Under the pieces are notes generated by a model. That model searched no databases. It worked only from the letters and a program-made list of their open reading frames with translations, and had not been told where the DNA came from. DNA of 64,000 bases from Clostridiales bacterium (lineage in GTDB: Bacteria > Bacillota > Clostridia > Lachnospirales > Lachnospiraceae), in the NCBI GenBank assembly GCA_020860715.1, contig JAJBTU010000023.1, positions 38,692 through 102,691 of the forward strand, read 5' to 3'. This document shows, piece by piece, positions 45,817 to 55,295 of the stretch (positions within the stretch are counted from its first letter, which is position 1; each line of letters begins with the position of its first letter). Both the position numbers and the translations under genes were made by a program.

Positions 45817-47706
45817 GTCGGTTTAACAAAGGAGGCGGCGTTTATTTTTCTGGAACAGATTAAGGAAGTAAACGATATCAAAAAACTGGATCGGAAGGAT
45901 TTGCCGGCTCTGGCGCAGGAGATCCGGGAATTTCTGATTCAGAAAATCAGCGAGACGGGGGGACATCTGGCCTCCAATTTAGGCGTGGTGGAACTGACGA
46001 TGGCGCTCCATCTTTCGCTGGACTTGCCAAAGGACAAGCTGATCTGGGACGTCGGGCACCAGTCCTATACGCACAAGATCCTGACCGGACGCAAGGACGG
46101 GTTTGATCACCTGCGCAAATACGGAGGCATGAGCGGATTTCCGAAGCGGGCGGAGAGCAGCTGCGATGCGTTCGACACCGGGCACAGTTCGACTTCGATC
46201 TCGGCCGGACTCGGCTATGTCTGCGCGAGAGACATCGCGGGAGAGGATTATAAGGTGGTATCGGTGATCGGCGACGGCGCGCTCACCGGAGGCATGGCTT
46301 ATGAGGCTCTCAACAACGCGGCGCAGCTGAAGACGAATTTTATCATTATCCTGAATGACAACAATATGTCCATTTCGGAAAATGTAGGCGGAATTTCCAC
46401 CTATCTGGGCAACATCCGCACGGCGGAATCCTACAAAAACTTTAAATCGGATCTGGAGACCAGGCTGAATAAAATCCCGGTGTACGGTGATCCGCTGGTA
46501 CGCGGTATCCGAAAGACCAAACAGAGCATCAAGCAGCTGATTGTACCGGGGATGTACTTTGAGGAGATGGGGCTGACCTACTTAGGACCGGTGGACGGCT
46601 ATAACCTCACGCAGATGCAGCGCGTGCTGGACGACGCGAAACGCGTGAAGGGCGCGGTGATCGTGCATGTGGTTACGAAAAAGGGAAAGGGATATGAACC
46701 GGCTGAGCGGATGCCGGCGCGTTTCCACGGAGCGGAACCGTTTGACCGGGAGACCGGCCTTCCGAAGAACCGCCGGAAAAAGGCAGCGTATACCGATATC
46801 TTTTCTACTGTGATGTGCAAAATGGGAGCAAGAGAGCCGCGTCTGGTGGCGATAACGGCCGCCATGCCGGACGGCACCGGGCTGAAACGCTTCCGCAACA
46901 TGTACCGCGACCGCTTTTTTGACGTCGGGATTGCCGAAGCGCATGCGGTGACCTTTGCGGCTGGGCTGGCGGCGGGCGGCATGAAGCCCGTGGTGGCGGT
47001 GTATTCGTCCTTTTTGCAGCGTGCCTATGACCAGATCATCCACGATGTCTGTATTCAGAATCTGCATGTCGTATTTGCGATTGACCGCGCAGGGCTGGTC
47101 GGCAGCGACGGGGAAACGCATCAGGGAATTTTCGACCTCTCCTATCTCACGGAGATCCCGAATATGTGTGTGATGGCGCCGAAGAATAAATGGGAGCTTG
47201 CGGATATGCTGAAATACGCGATCGGCTATGACGGACCGATAGCGCTGCGCTATCCGAGAGGGGAGGCCTATGACGGTCTGAAGGACTTCCGCGACCCAAT
47301 CGTTTACGGAAAAAGCGAGATCCTTTATGACGAATGCTCTCTGGCGCTGGTGGCGATCGGGAGTATGGTGAAGACAGCGATCGAGGTGCGTTCACTTTTA
47401 AAAACGCTCGGCTACAGCTGCACCATCGTGAATGCCCGCTTTGCCAAGCCGATTGATGAGGATATGCTTGCGTATCTTGCCAGAGACCACAGCCTGGTCG
47501 TGACGATGGAAGAAAATGTGAAATCCGGCGGTTTTGGTGAGAAAGTGCTGGAATACTATAACGAGACGCAGGCCGGCCTGCGCGTGATGCAGATCACGCT
47601 GCCGGACGACTACATCGAGCACGGTAGTGTGGATGTTCTGAAAAAAGAGGCCTGCATCGACGCGGAGTCCATATTTAAGAAGATTGTGGCGGAATATCTG
47701 CCGTAA
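45814..47706 (+). CDS. dxs: 1-deoxy-D-xylulose-5-phosphate synthase (start codon uncertain)
   Basis: DLPALAQEIREFLIQKISETGGHLASNLGVVELTMALH..., GHQSYTHKILTGR, GDGALTGGMAYEALN. The only canonical in-frame start (GTG 45814) lies upstream of the AGGAGG at 45830-45835 and inside repeat element A. Confidence 0.85.
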   Translation: MVGLTKEAAFIFLEQIKEVNDIKKLDRKDLPALAQEIREFLIQKISETGGHLASNLGVVELTMALHLSLDLPKDKLIWDVGHQSYTHKILTGRKDGFDHLRKYGGMSGFPKRAESSCDAFDTGHSSTSISAGLGYVCARDIAGEDYKVVSVIGDGALTGGMAYEALNNAAQLKTNFIIILNDNNMSISENVGGISTYLGNIRTAESYKNFKSDLETRLNKIPVYGDPLVRGIRKTKQSIKQLIVPGMYFEEMGLTYLGPVDGYNLTQMQRVLDDAKRVKGAVIVHVVTKKGKGYEPAERMPARFHGAEPFDRETGLPKNRRKKAAYTDIFSTVMCKMGAREPRLVAITAAMPDGTGLKRFRNMYRDRFFDVGIAEAHAVTFAAGLAAGGMKPVVAVYSSFLQRAYDQIIHDVCIQNLHVVFAIDRAGLVGSDGETHQGIFDLSYLTEIPNMCVMAPKNKWELADMLKYAIGYDGPIALRYPRGEAYDGLKDFRDPIVYGKSEILYDECSLALVAIGSMVKTAIEVRSLLKTLGYSCTIVNARFAKPIDEDMLAYLARDHSLVVTMEENVKSGGFGEKVLEYYNETQAGLRVMQITLPDDYIEHGSVDVLKKEACIDAESIFKKIVAEYLP

Positions 47707-47758
47707 GGCAGGCTGCATGTCACATCCGATCAGATTAGAAAGGAAGACCTCAGGATAA

Positions 47759-48583
47759 ATGAAAGAACGCTTGGATATTCTCCTCGTGCAGCGTGCCCTC
47801 GCGCCTTCACGCGAGAAGGCAAAGGCGCTGATCATGGCCGGAGAGGTGTTTGTGGAAGGCCAGCGCGAGGACAAAGCCGGAACGATGATCGATACAAATG
47901 CTGCGATTACCGTCAGGGGCGGAAAACTCCGCTACGTAAGCCGCGGCGGACTGAAGCTGGAAAAAGCCATGCAGACCTTTCGCGAGATCACGCCGGAAGG
48001 AAAAATCTGCATGGATGTCGGGTCGTCTACGGGCGGTTTTACCGACTGTATGCTTCAGAACGGCGCTCAAAAAGTGTATGCGGTGGATGTGGGGCATGGC
48101 CAGCTCGACTGGGGGCTGCGCAACGACCCGCGTGTGGTCTGCATGGAGCGGACCAACATTCGTTATGTCGTGCCGGAAGATATCGAAGATGCGCCTTCCT
48201 TTGTCTCCATTGATGTGTCCTTTATTTCCCTGATGAAAGTGCTCGTACCTGTGCGGAATCTGATGTCCGAAACGGGAGACGTGATCTGTCTGATTAAGCC
48301 GCAGTTTGAGGCCGGACGTGAAAAGGTGGGCAAAAAAGGCGTTGTCCGCGATCCGAAGGTGCATGAGGAAGTCATACGCGGCGTGACCGCATATGCCGCC
48401 GGGATCGGCCTGCCTGCGCGCGCGCTTACGTTTTCTCCTGTCAAAGGGCCGGAGGGAAATATTGAATATCTGGTATGGCTTGCGAAGCGCGGAAATGCCG
48501 GCGGCAGCTGCGAAGATGGCGGCACAGTGACGGACCGGGAAGTGTCCCGTGTTGTGGCGGAGGCGCATGCGGCGCTGGATTGA
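47759..48583 (+). CDS. tlyA: TlyA-family 16S/23S rRNA (cytidine-2'-O)-methyltransferase
   Basis: MKERLDILLVQRALAPSREKAKALIMAGEVFV (S4 domain), then ...YVSRGGLKLEKA...DVGSSTGGFTDCMLQNGA. Confidence 0.85.
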   Translation: MKERLDILLVQRALAPSREKAKALIMAGEVFVEGQREDKAGTMIDTNAAITVRGGKLRYVSRGGLKLEKAMQTFREITPEGKICMDVGSSTGGFTDCMLQNGAQKVYAVDVGHGQLDWGLRNDPRVVCMERTNIRYVVPEDIEDAPSFVSIDVSFISLMKVLVPVRNLMSETGDVICLIKPQFEAGREKVGKKGVVRDPKVHEEVIRGVTAYAAGIGLPARALTFSPVKGPEGNIEYLVWLAKRGNAGGSCEDGGTVTDREVSRVVAEAHAALD

Positions 48584-48604
48584 AGACGGACAAGAGGAGT
48601 ATCT

Positions 48605-49633
48605 ATGAACGTTTTTTATGTCATCTCAAATGAACAGAAGGATCCGGGGCAGGAGACGGCACATTTTATCCGTTCTTATATTGAGGAGCGCGGCGGGAAG
48701 TGCTGTTTACGGGGAGAACAGGGAGCAGACGCATCCGCTTTGGATTCTTCGGCGGCGGAAGGATGTCCGGATGAAAAAAACAGCGGCTACCATTCGCTTC
48801 CGTCCAGGATGCCGCCCGCGCAGTACCGCTATACGGACGCAAAACAGATTACGCAGGATACACAGTGCGTACTGGTGCTCGGCGGAGACGGCACGCTGCT
48901 GCATGCGGCGAGAGATCTGGTGGAACGCTCCATACCGCTTCTCGGCGTCAACATGGGAACACTCGGTTATCTGGCTGAGATTGAGAGAAAGAATATTGCG
49001 GAAGCACTGGACTCCCTGCTTGCGGATGAGTGTTCCATTGAGGAACGCATGATGTTAAGCGGTACGGCTTTGCATCAGAATCGGAAACTGATGCAGGACA
49101 TTGCGCTCAACGATATTGTCATTACCAGAAGCGGCCGTATGCGCGTCGTGGATTTTAATATTTATGTGGACGGCGTGTTCTTAAGCGCGTATGCCGCAGA
49201 TGGAATTATCGTTTCGACTCCGACCGGATCGACCGGCTACAGCCTCTCGGCCGGGGGACCGATTGTTGCGCCTTCCGCATCCATGCTGCTTCTGACTGCG
49301 ATTGCCCCGCACACGCTGAACTCCAGACCGATCGTTCTTCCGGGAACGGCCGAGGTCGTGATCGAAGTGGGCAACAGGTATGTGACAGATGCTGAGAGCC
49401 ACGCTATGCAGAATGGTGCTGACGCGCAGTGCATACCCTGTACTTTGTACGGGATGCCGCCCGGCGAGGAACGCGGCCTGCAATATGCAGAGGCGACATT
49501 TGACGGCGACACTTCGGTAAAACTCAATGTTGGTGATCGTGTCGTGATTTCACAGGCGGAGCAGAAGACGAAGCTGGTCAAGATAAAAAATACAAGTTTT
49601 CTGGAAATTTTGCGGGAGAAAATGAACAAGTAA
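48605..49633 (+). CDS. nadK: NAD kinase (with a ~45-aa low-complexity N-terminal insertion)
   Basis: VLVLGGDGTLLHAAR, GVNMGTLGYL, DGIIVSTPTGSTGYSLSAGGPIV. Confidence 0.85.
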   Translation: MNVFYVISNEQKDPGQETAHFIRSYIEERGGKCCLRGEQGADASALDSSAAEGCPDEKNSGYHSLPSRMPPAQYRYTDAKQITQDTQCVLVLGGDGTLLHAARDLVERSIPLLGVNMGTLGYLAEIERKNIAEALDSLLADECSIEERMMLSGTALHQNRKLMQDIALNDIVITRSGRMRVVDFNIYVDGVFLSAYAADGIIVSTPTGSTGYSLSAGGPIVAPSASMLLLTAIAPHTLNSRPIVLPGTAEVVIEVGNRYVTDAESHAMQNGADAQCIPCTLYGMPPGEERGLQYAEATFDGDTSVKLNVGDRVVISQAEQKTKLVKIKNTSFLEILREKMNK

Positions 49634-49691
49634 CCGTTTCCGGCAAAACAGAGGACAGAAAACGGTGCGTGAAGAGACGCAAAGGAGTATC

Positions 49692-50174
49692 ATGAAAATC
49701 GGAAGGCACGCAAAAATCATAGAACTGATTGGAAAATATGAGATTGAGACACAGGAGGAGTTGGCGGATTATCTGAAAAAAGAAGGATTTCAGGTCACCC
49801 AGGCAACGGTCTCGCGGGACATTCGTGAACTGAAACTCACTAAGACCGCGGCTCGCGACGGAAAGCAGAAATACGCGCTGATGCAGCCTTCTGATCCCGG
49901 ACAGAGCGCCGAGGCGGAGGGACGTTATCTCCGTGTTCTCAAGGACGGTTTTGTATCGATGGAGATGGCGCAGAATATACTGGTCGTCAAGACGGTGTCC
50001 GGTATGGCGATGGCGGTCGCGGCGGCGATTGACGCAATGAACTGGTCTGAGGTGGCCGGATGCATAGCCGGAGACGACACAATCATGTGCGCAAACCGGA
50101 GCACGGATGATACGCTGATCGTTATGGAGAAGATCCAGCGGATTGTGGGAAGGAAAAACCTGACAACGAAATAA
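49692..50174 (+). CDS. argR: Arginine repressor
   Basis: ORF track 49665..50174, trimmed to MKIGRHAKIIELIGKYEIETQEELADYLKKEGFQVTQATVSRDIRELKL (AAAGGAG SD). The C-terminus has GCIAGDDTI. Confidence 0.88.
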   Translation: MKIGRHAKIIELIGKYEIETQEELADYLKKEGFQVTQATVSRDIRELKLTKTAARDGKQKYALMQPSDPGQSAEAEGRYLRVLKDGFVSMEMAQNILVVKTVSGMAMAVAAAIDAMNWSEVAGCIAGDDTIMCANRSTDDTLIVMEKIQRIVGRKNLTTK

Positions 50175-50263
50175 CACATATTAATTTTAATAAACATCAT
50201 TGACTTTATAGGAATAATCTGTCATAATAAGAGTAAATGACGGATGATACAGAGGTTACCATT

Positions 50264-51949
50264 ATGCTGGCAGGTTTACATGTAAAAAATATGGCGCTGA
50301 TCCGGGAGGCGGAGGTTGAATTCGGACCTGGCCTTAACATTATGACCGGAGAGACCGGCGCCGGTAAATCGATTGTCATCGGCGCGGTCAACATTGCGCT
50401 TGGCACCGGTAATTTTAAGGATTATGTGCCGGAGGATGCGGACTATGCGCTGGTGGAACTGATTTTTACGACGAAAAATCCGCGGGTGCGGCAGCTTTTG
50501 GAAGAACAGGATCTGCCGTTTGAGGACGGAGAGATCATTCTTACGAGAAAATATAAAGGCGGCAGGAGTACGAGCAAGGTGAACGGCGAGACCGTCCCGC
50601 TCTCCTTTGTGCGTCAGCTTTCCGGTGAACTGATCGATATCCACGGGCAGCACGAGCATCAGTCGCTGCTCTACCCGAAAAATCATCTGGAAATTCTGGA
50701 TTCTTTTGCCAGAAAAGAGACGGGGCCGCTGCTGCATACGATAAAGGGACAATACCAAACCTGGCAGAAGGCCAAAAAGGAATGGGAGCAGGCGTCTGCC
50801 TCGGATCAGGAACGGTCTAAAGAACTGGATTTTCTGCAGTATGAGATTCAGGAAATTCAGTCAGCCGCTCTGCGTCCGGGGGAGGATGAGGAGCTTGAGA
50901 ACAGCTACCGGGTTATGGTCAACGGACAGAAGATCATGGAGGCGCTGTCGGAGACGGGGAATCTGACCGGTGCGGGTGACTTCGGCGGCGCGGAAGACGA
51001 GATCGGGCGGGCTGCGCGCGCACTTTCGGCTGTTCGCGGATATGACAGCTCTCTGGAAGAACTGGGGAACACGCTGGAGGATATCGAATCTCTGCTTGGT
51101 GAGTTCAACCGCAGCCTTTCTGACTATATGGACGCGCTTGTTTTTGACCCACAGGCACTGCGTGAGACGGAGGAACGTCTCGATCTGATCAACCGTCTGA
51201 AATCCAAATACGGGAACACCATCGAAGACATCCTGAACTCTCTGCAGGAAAAGGAAGAGCGGGCCGATCTTTTGATGAATTACGAGAGCTATCGGGAGGA
51301 GATAAAGGACAGGCTTGAAAAGAGCAGCCAGGCTCTTCGGTCAACTGCTGCGGAACTCTCCCGTGTCAGAAAACAGTACGCAAAGGTTCTCTCAGAGCAG
51401 ATCCGCGGCGCGCTGATCGATCTGAATTTTCTGGACGTGCAGTTCGAGATCGCGTTTGAGGAGCTGCCGGAACCGACCGAGGATGGGATGGACGCCGTCT
51501 GCTTTCAGATTTCCATGAATCCCGGGCTGCCGCTCCGCCCGCTCGGCAGTGTGGCGTCCGGCGGCGAGCTTTCCCGCATCATGCTGGCGATCAAGGCCGT
51601 TATGGCGGATCAGGATCACATTGAGACCCTGATTTTCGATGAGATCGATACCGGCATCAGCGGCCGGACCGCGCAGAAAGTCTCTGAAAAGATGGCAGTG
51701 ATCGCGGGCAGCCATCAGATCATCTGCATCACGCATCTCGCGCAGATCGCGGCGATGGCGGATCAGCATTTTATTATTGAAAAAAAGCCGGCCGACAGCA
51801 AGACTGTGACCAACATCGGTCAGCTGACCGGGGAAGAGAGCATCCAGGAACTGGCGAGGATCCTGGGCGGCGCGAAGATCACCGACGCAGTGCTTGAAAA
51901 TGCGCGTGAAATGAAAGAACTGGCGGCGCATTTAAAGCAGGGAATATGA
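50264..51949 (+). CDS. recN: DNA repair protein RecN
   Basis: ORF track 50237..51949, trimmed to MLAGLHVKNMALIREAEVEFGPGLNIMTGETGAGKSIV. The C-terminus has ASGGELSRIMLAIK...LIFDEIDTGISG. Confidence 0.88.
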   Translation: MLAGLHVKNMALIREAEVEFGPGLNIMTGETGAGKSIVIGAVNIALGTGNFKDYVPEDADYALVELIFTTKNPRVRQLLEEQDLPFEDGEIILTRKYKGGRSTSKVNGETVPLSFVRQLSGELIDIHGQHEHQSLLYPKNHLEILDSFARKETGPLLHTIKGQYQTWQKAKKEWEQASASDQERSKELDFLQYEIQEIQSAALRPGEDEELENSYRVMVNGQKIMEALSETGNLTGAGDFGGAEDEIGRAARALSAVRGYDSSLEELGNTLEDIESLLGEFNRSLSDYMDALVFDPQALRETEERLDLINRLKSKYGNTIEDILNSLQEKEERADLLMNYESYREEIKDRLEKSSQALRSTAAELSRVRKQYAKVLSEQIRGALIDLNFLDVQFEIAFEELPEPTEDGMDAVCFQISMNPGLPLRPLGSVASGGELSRIMLAIKAVMADQDHIETLIFDEIDTGISGRTAQKVSEKMAVIAGSHQIICITHLAQIAAMADQHFIIEKKPADSKTVTNIGQLTGEESIQELARILGGAKITDAVLENAREMKELAAHLKQGI

Positions 51950-51969
51950 TGCCCGGTGCCAAACGGACG

Positions 51970-52075
51970 CCAGAATCCGGAGGGACTCAGAAAATTTCCA
52001 GAATCCGGAGGGACTCAGAAAATTTCCAGAATCCGGAGGGACGCAGAAAAATTTCCAGAAACCGGAAATTCGCAC
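51970..52075. repeat. 28-bp tandem repeat, ~3.7 copies (CCAGAATCCGGAGGGACTCAGAAAATTT) between recN and spoIVB
   Basis: CCAGAA anchors at 51970, 51998, 52026 and 52055. The first two units are identical. Confidence 0.9.
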
Positions 52076-52245
52076 AACAAAATACCAGTGTGGAATTCCT
52101 TTCAATTCCGCATACTGAATGCAGAGGCTAAAGTTCATTTGCTTTGCCTCTGCTCTTTTGTACTCATTTGGAACAGCAGCAGGATAAAACAGCGGCCTGC
52201 GTCCGGCTGTTCTGAATAATGGATATGGTAAGGAAGGTGCGAAGG

Positions 52246-53397
52246 ATGAATGTCAGGGAAAAATACAGAAGATTTGTCTGTACGCTGCTGATTTTCGGAG
52301 TATTGTCGCTGGCATTGTGCGCGGCGGCGGTATTTCCGGATGCGGGATCCGGCGCACACGCGGAGAACAGCGGCGATGCGTCTGCGGAAAATGACAGCGG
52401 CGTGGAAGGGACGCAGGCGGAGGAGGGAGCCTCCGTGTCGGCCTCCGCAACAGGTGATGACGCCTCTGCGGACGGACGAAAGATGGTCTATGTGGGAGGG
52501 ACACCGATCGGGATCTACCTGGAGACAGACGGCGTGTATGTGGTGGATACCGGAGAAATCACTGCAAAAGACGGCAGCTTTTGCTGTCCATCCGAAAACA
52601 TTGTGCAGTCCGGCGACTACATTCAGGCTGTGGATGGGAAAGAAGTCAACACGAAAGAGGAGCTGATAGCCTGCATTTCCGACTGCGGCGGACAGCCGCT
52701 CGTCATGGAGGTGGAACGGCAGGGAGAGCAAATCAGCCTGAAGATCACTCCGGTGCTTGATGCAGACGGGGAGTACAGAGTTGGGATCTGGGTGCGCAAT
52801 GACACGCAGGGAATCGGAACGCTGACCTGGGTGGATGAAGAAGGCTATTTTGGCGCGCTCGGACATGGGATCAGTGATGTGGATACAGCCGGCCTTCTGG
52901 ACATCGAGACCGGCATGCTTTACAGCGCGGAAGTGGTATCTGTGGTCAAAGGCGAGGCGGGAGCGCCGGGAGAACTGTCCGGGATCATTCACTACAATGA
53001 CAGCTGCCGGATCGGCGTCATTGAGGAAAACAATGAGAACGGCATATTTGGCCGGGTGACCGGGTTCTCACTGGCGATAGAAGATGCGGAACTTATCGGG
53101 ACTGCGCTAAAATCGGAGGTGGAGAAGGGAGCGGCCACCATCCGCTGCAGCGTGGACGGCACCTGCCGGGAGTATGAGATCGAGATTCAGGAAGTGCGTA
53201 CCAGCAGCAGCGATGTCAACAAAGGTATGGTGATTGAGGTGACCGATCCCGAACTGCTTGCTCTGACCGGCGGCATTGTACAGGGAATGTCCGGCTCCCC
53301 GATCCTGCAGAACGGCAGGCTCGTTGGCGCAGTGACTCACGTCTTCGTCAATGATCCGGCGAAGGGCTACGGGATTTTTATTGAGGATATGCTGTAA
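52246..53397 (+). CDS. spoIVB: Stage IV sporulation protein B, S55 signalling serine peptidase (PDZ plus protease)
   Basis: ORF track 52219..53397, trimmed to MNVREKY (AGGAAGG SD). Motifs: GIGTLTWVDEEGYFGALGHGI..., GMSGSPILQNGRLVGAVTHVFVNDPAKGYGIFIEDML. Confidence 0.88.
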   Translation: MNVREKYRRFVCTLLIFGVLSLALCAAAVFPDAGSGAHAENSGDASAENDSGVEGTQAEEGASVSASATGDDASADGRKMVYVGGTPIGIYLETDGVYVVDTGEITAKDGSFCCPSENIVQSGDYIQAVDGKEVNTKEELIACISDCGGQPLVMEVERQGEQISLKITPVLDADGEYRVGIWVRNDTQGIGTLTWVDEEGYFGALGHGISDVDTAGLLDIETGMLYSAEVVSVVKGEAGAPGELSGIIHYNDSCRIGVIEENNENGIFGRVTGFSLAIEDAELIGTALKSEVEKGAATIRCSVDGTCREYEIEIQEVRTSSSDVNKGMVIEVTDPELLALTGGIVQGMSGSPILQNGRLVGAVTHVFVNDPAKGYGIFIEDML

Positions 53398-53531
53398 TGG
53401 AGGCGGGGCGGAAGAAAAAGTCTGCCCCGCATTTATTATGAAGAAGCAGGATTCCGAACCAGGGTATGGCAATCCCTGTAAAAGTGTGTTATGATGCTAC
53501 AGAACCACAACATACCGAGGAGGAGCACGGA

Positions 53532-55295
53532 ATGGAAGATTTGAGTCTGCTTTTTCCGCCGGGGAAGCGCGCATGTGAAAAAAAACTTCCGGAAGCAACG
53601 TATCATGATCTGTCCGTGGACTCGATCTGCGGGAAGCTGTCAAAGCTGGAGCCGGAGCGGGAACTGCTGCGGATGACGATGCGCCGCATTTCGGGAGATC
53701 CCGAGGTGGTTCGTTACCGGTGCGGCGTGTTTGATGATATCCTTCGTTTTCCCGGTCTTCGGCAGAAAATGCAGAAGCTGCTGGATCGGGTGGATTTTTT
53801 AAAAACGTACGGCAGCTTTGAACGCGGCAGTGATGCAGCCGGCGTGTGGGAACTGGTGCACCGGCTGGATGAGATGGATGAATATATACAGTGTGTGCAG
53901 GGGATCTACACGGTTTTAAATGAAAATGAGATTGCTTCGGAGGGACTGCTGAACCTGAAGGAATATGTGCGGAAACTATATGAGGACAGCGGCTTTTCCG
54001 AACTGAAAAAAGACATTGACAATCTGAAGATTGACGCGTCAAAGGTAAAGAGTGTGACGCTCGGCGTCAACCTGAACGACCGGTTTGAACCGATTGAGAC
54101 CGGCATCGTGTCGATCAATGAGAAGCCGTTTACAAAGTCCAATGTGATTTCGAACTTCTGTGATTTTCTGGACAGAAGAATGTCGAATGAGATCCATCCG
54201 GATGCGGAGTGGAACGGCAGCATGACATTTCGGACGGCGTCGTCCGCGGATATCACGGAGAGTGCGGAGAGGCTCGGCATGATCGGCGCGATGCGGCAGA
54301 ATCCGCTGCTGGCTGCCGGAATGGCGACCGTGGCGGACGACAGCAGGGGCGGCGATGTGATCCGGACGCTGGACCGTGCGATCAGCGCGCTTTTGTCCCG
54401 GACAGTGAAAAAGCTGAAATCAGTCCTCTCAAAGCATGTATCGGTCAGCACGTATACCATTTCCGCGCTGATTCCGGAATTTTTGTATTATATCCGCTGG
54501 GCGGAATACATGGAAAAGATGCAGGCGGAAGGGTTTGTGTTCTGCAAACCTGAAGTCATGGCTTCTGAAAAACGGGAAATGCAGGCAAAAGGGCTGTACA
54601 ATCTGAAGCTGGCGCAGTCAAAATTTGAGAAGCAGGAGCCGGCGTCTGAGATTGTACCGAATGACCTGGACTTTTCTGCGGAACACAGGATCTATATTCT
54701 GACCGGGGCGAACCGCGGCGGCAAGACGACGATCACACAGGCGGTCGGCCTGGCATTCCTGATGGCGCAGGGCGGTCTGTATGTTCCGGCAGAGTCGTTT
54801 TCGTTCAGCCCTGCGGACAATATTTTCACCCACTATCCGGCGGATGAGAATCAGACTATGGATCTGGGGAGACTGGGCGAGGAATCCAGCCGCTTCCATG
54901 ACATTTACCGGGAGGCGACGCCTTACAGCCTTCTGCTTCTGAATGAATCTTTCTCAACGACCTCTTTTGAGGAGGGCTATTTTATCGCGAGAGACGTCAC
55001 ACGCGTTCTGCGGCTGCTGGGGGTGCGGACTATTTACAACACGCATATGCATAAGCTGGCGGCCGAACTGGATGAGCTGAATCAGGAAGAAGGCGGCGAC
55101 AGCTGCGTGGCCAGCCTGATCGTGGAGACGGACGGGAGCGATCGCTCTTACCGGGTGAAAGTCGCACCGCCGGGCGGGAAATCCTACGCGCAGGACATTG
55201 CTGAAAAATATGGGGTCACCTATGATCAGCTGAAGCAGGAAAAAGAGGGAATGTTTTTGACAGACGGAGGATCGCCGAAAAGAAAAGAATTATGA
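53532..55295 (+). CDS. MutS-related ATPase (MutS domain III/V only; no mismatch-binding or Smr domain recognised)
   Basis: ORF track 53466..55295, trimmed to MEDLSLLF (GAGGAGGAG SD). Walker A is ILTGANRGGKTTITQAVGLAFLMAQGGLYVPAES. Also ...LLLLNESFSTTSFEEG... and YNTHMHKLA. Confidence 0.75.
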   Translation: MEDLSLLFPPGKRACEKKLPEATYHDLSVDSICGKLSKLEPERELLRMTMRRISGDPEVVRYRCGVFDDILRFPGLRQKMQKLLDRVDFLKTYGSFERGSDAAGVWELVHRLDEMDEYIQCVQGIYTVLNENEIASEGLLNLKEYVRKLYEDSGFSELKKDIDNLKIDASKVKSVTLGVNLNDRFEPIETGIVSINEKPFTKSNVISNFCDFLDRRMSNEIHPDAEWNGSMTFRTASSADITESAERLGMIGAMRQNPLLAAGMATVADDSRGGDVIRTLDRAISALLSRTVKKLKSVLSKHVSVSTYTISALIPEFLYYIRWAEYMEKMQAEGFVFCKPEVMASEKREMQAKGLYNLKLAQSKFEKQEPASEIVPNDLDFSAEHRIYILTGANRGGKTTITQAVGLAFLMAQGGLYVPAESFSFSPADNIFTHYPADENQTMDLGRLGEESSRFHDIYREATPYSLLLLNESFSTTSFEEGYFIARDVTRVLRLLGVRTIYNTHMHKLAAELDELNQEEGGDSCVASLIVETDGSDRSYRVKVAPPGGKSYAQDIAEKYGVTYDQLKQEKEGMFLTDGGSPKRKEL

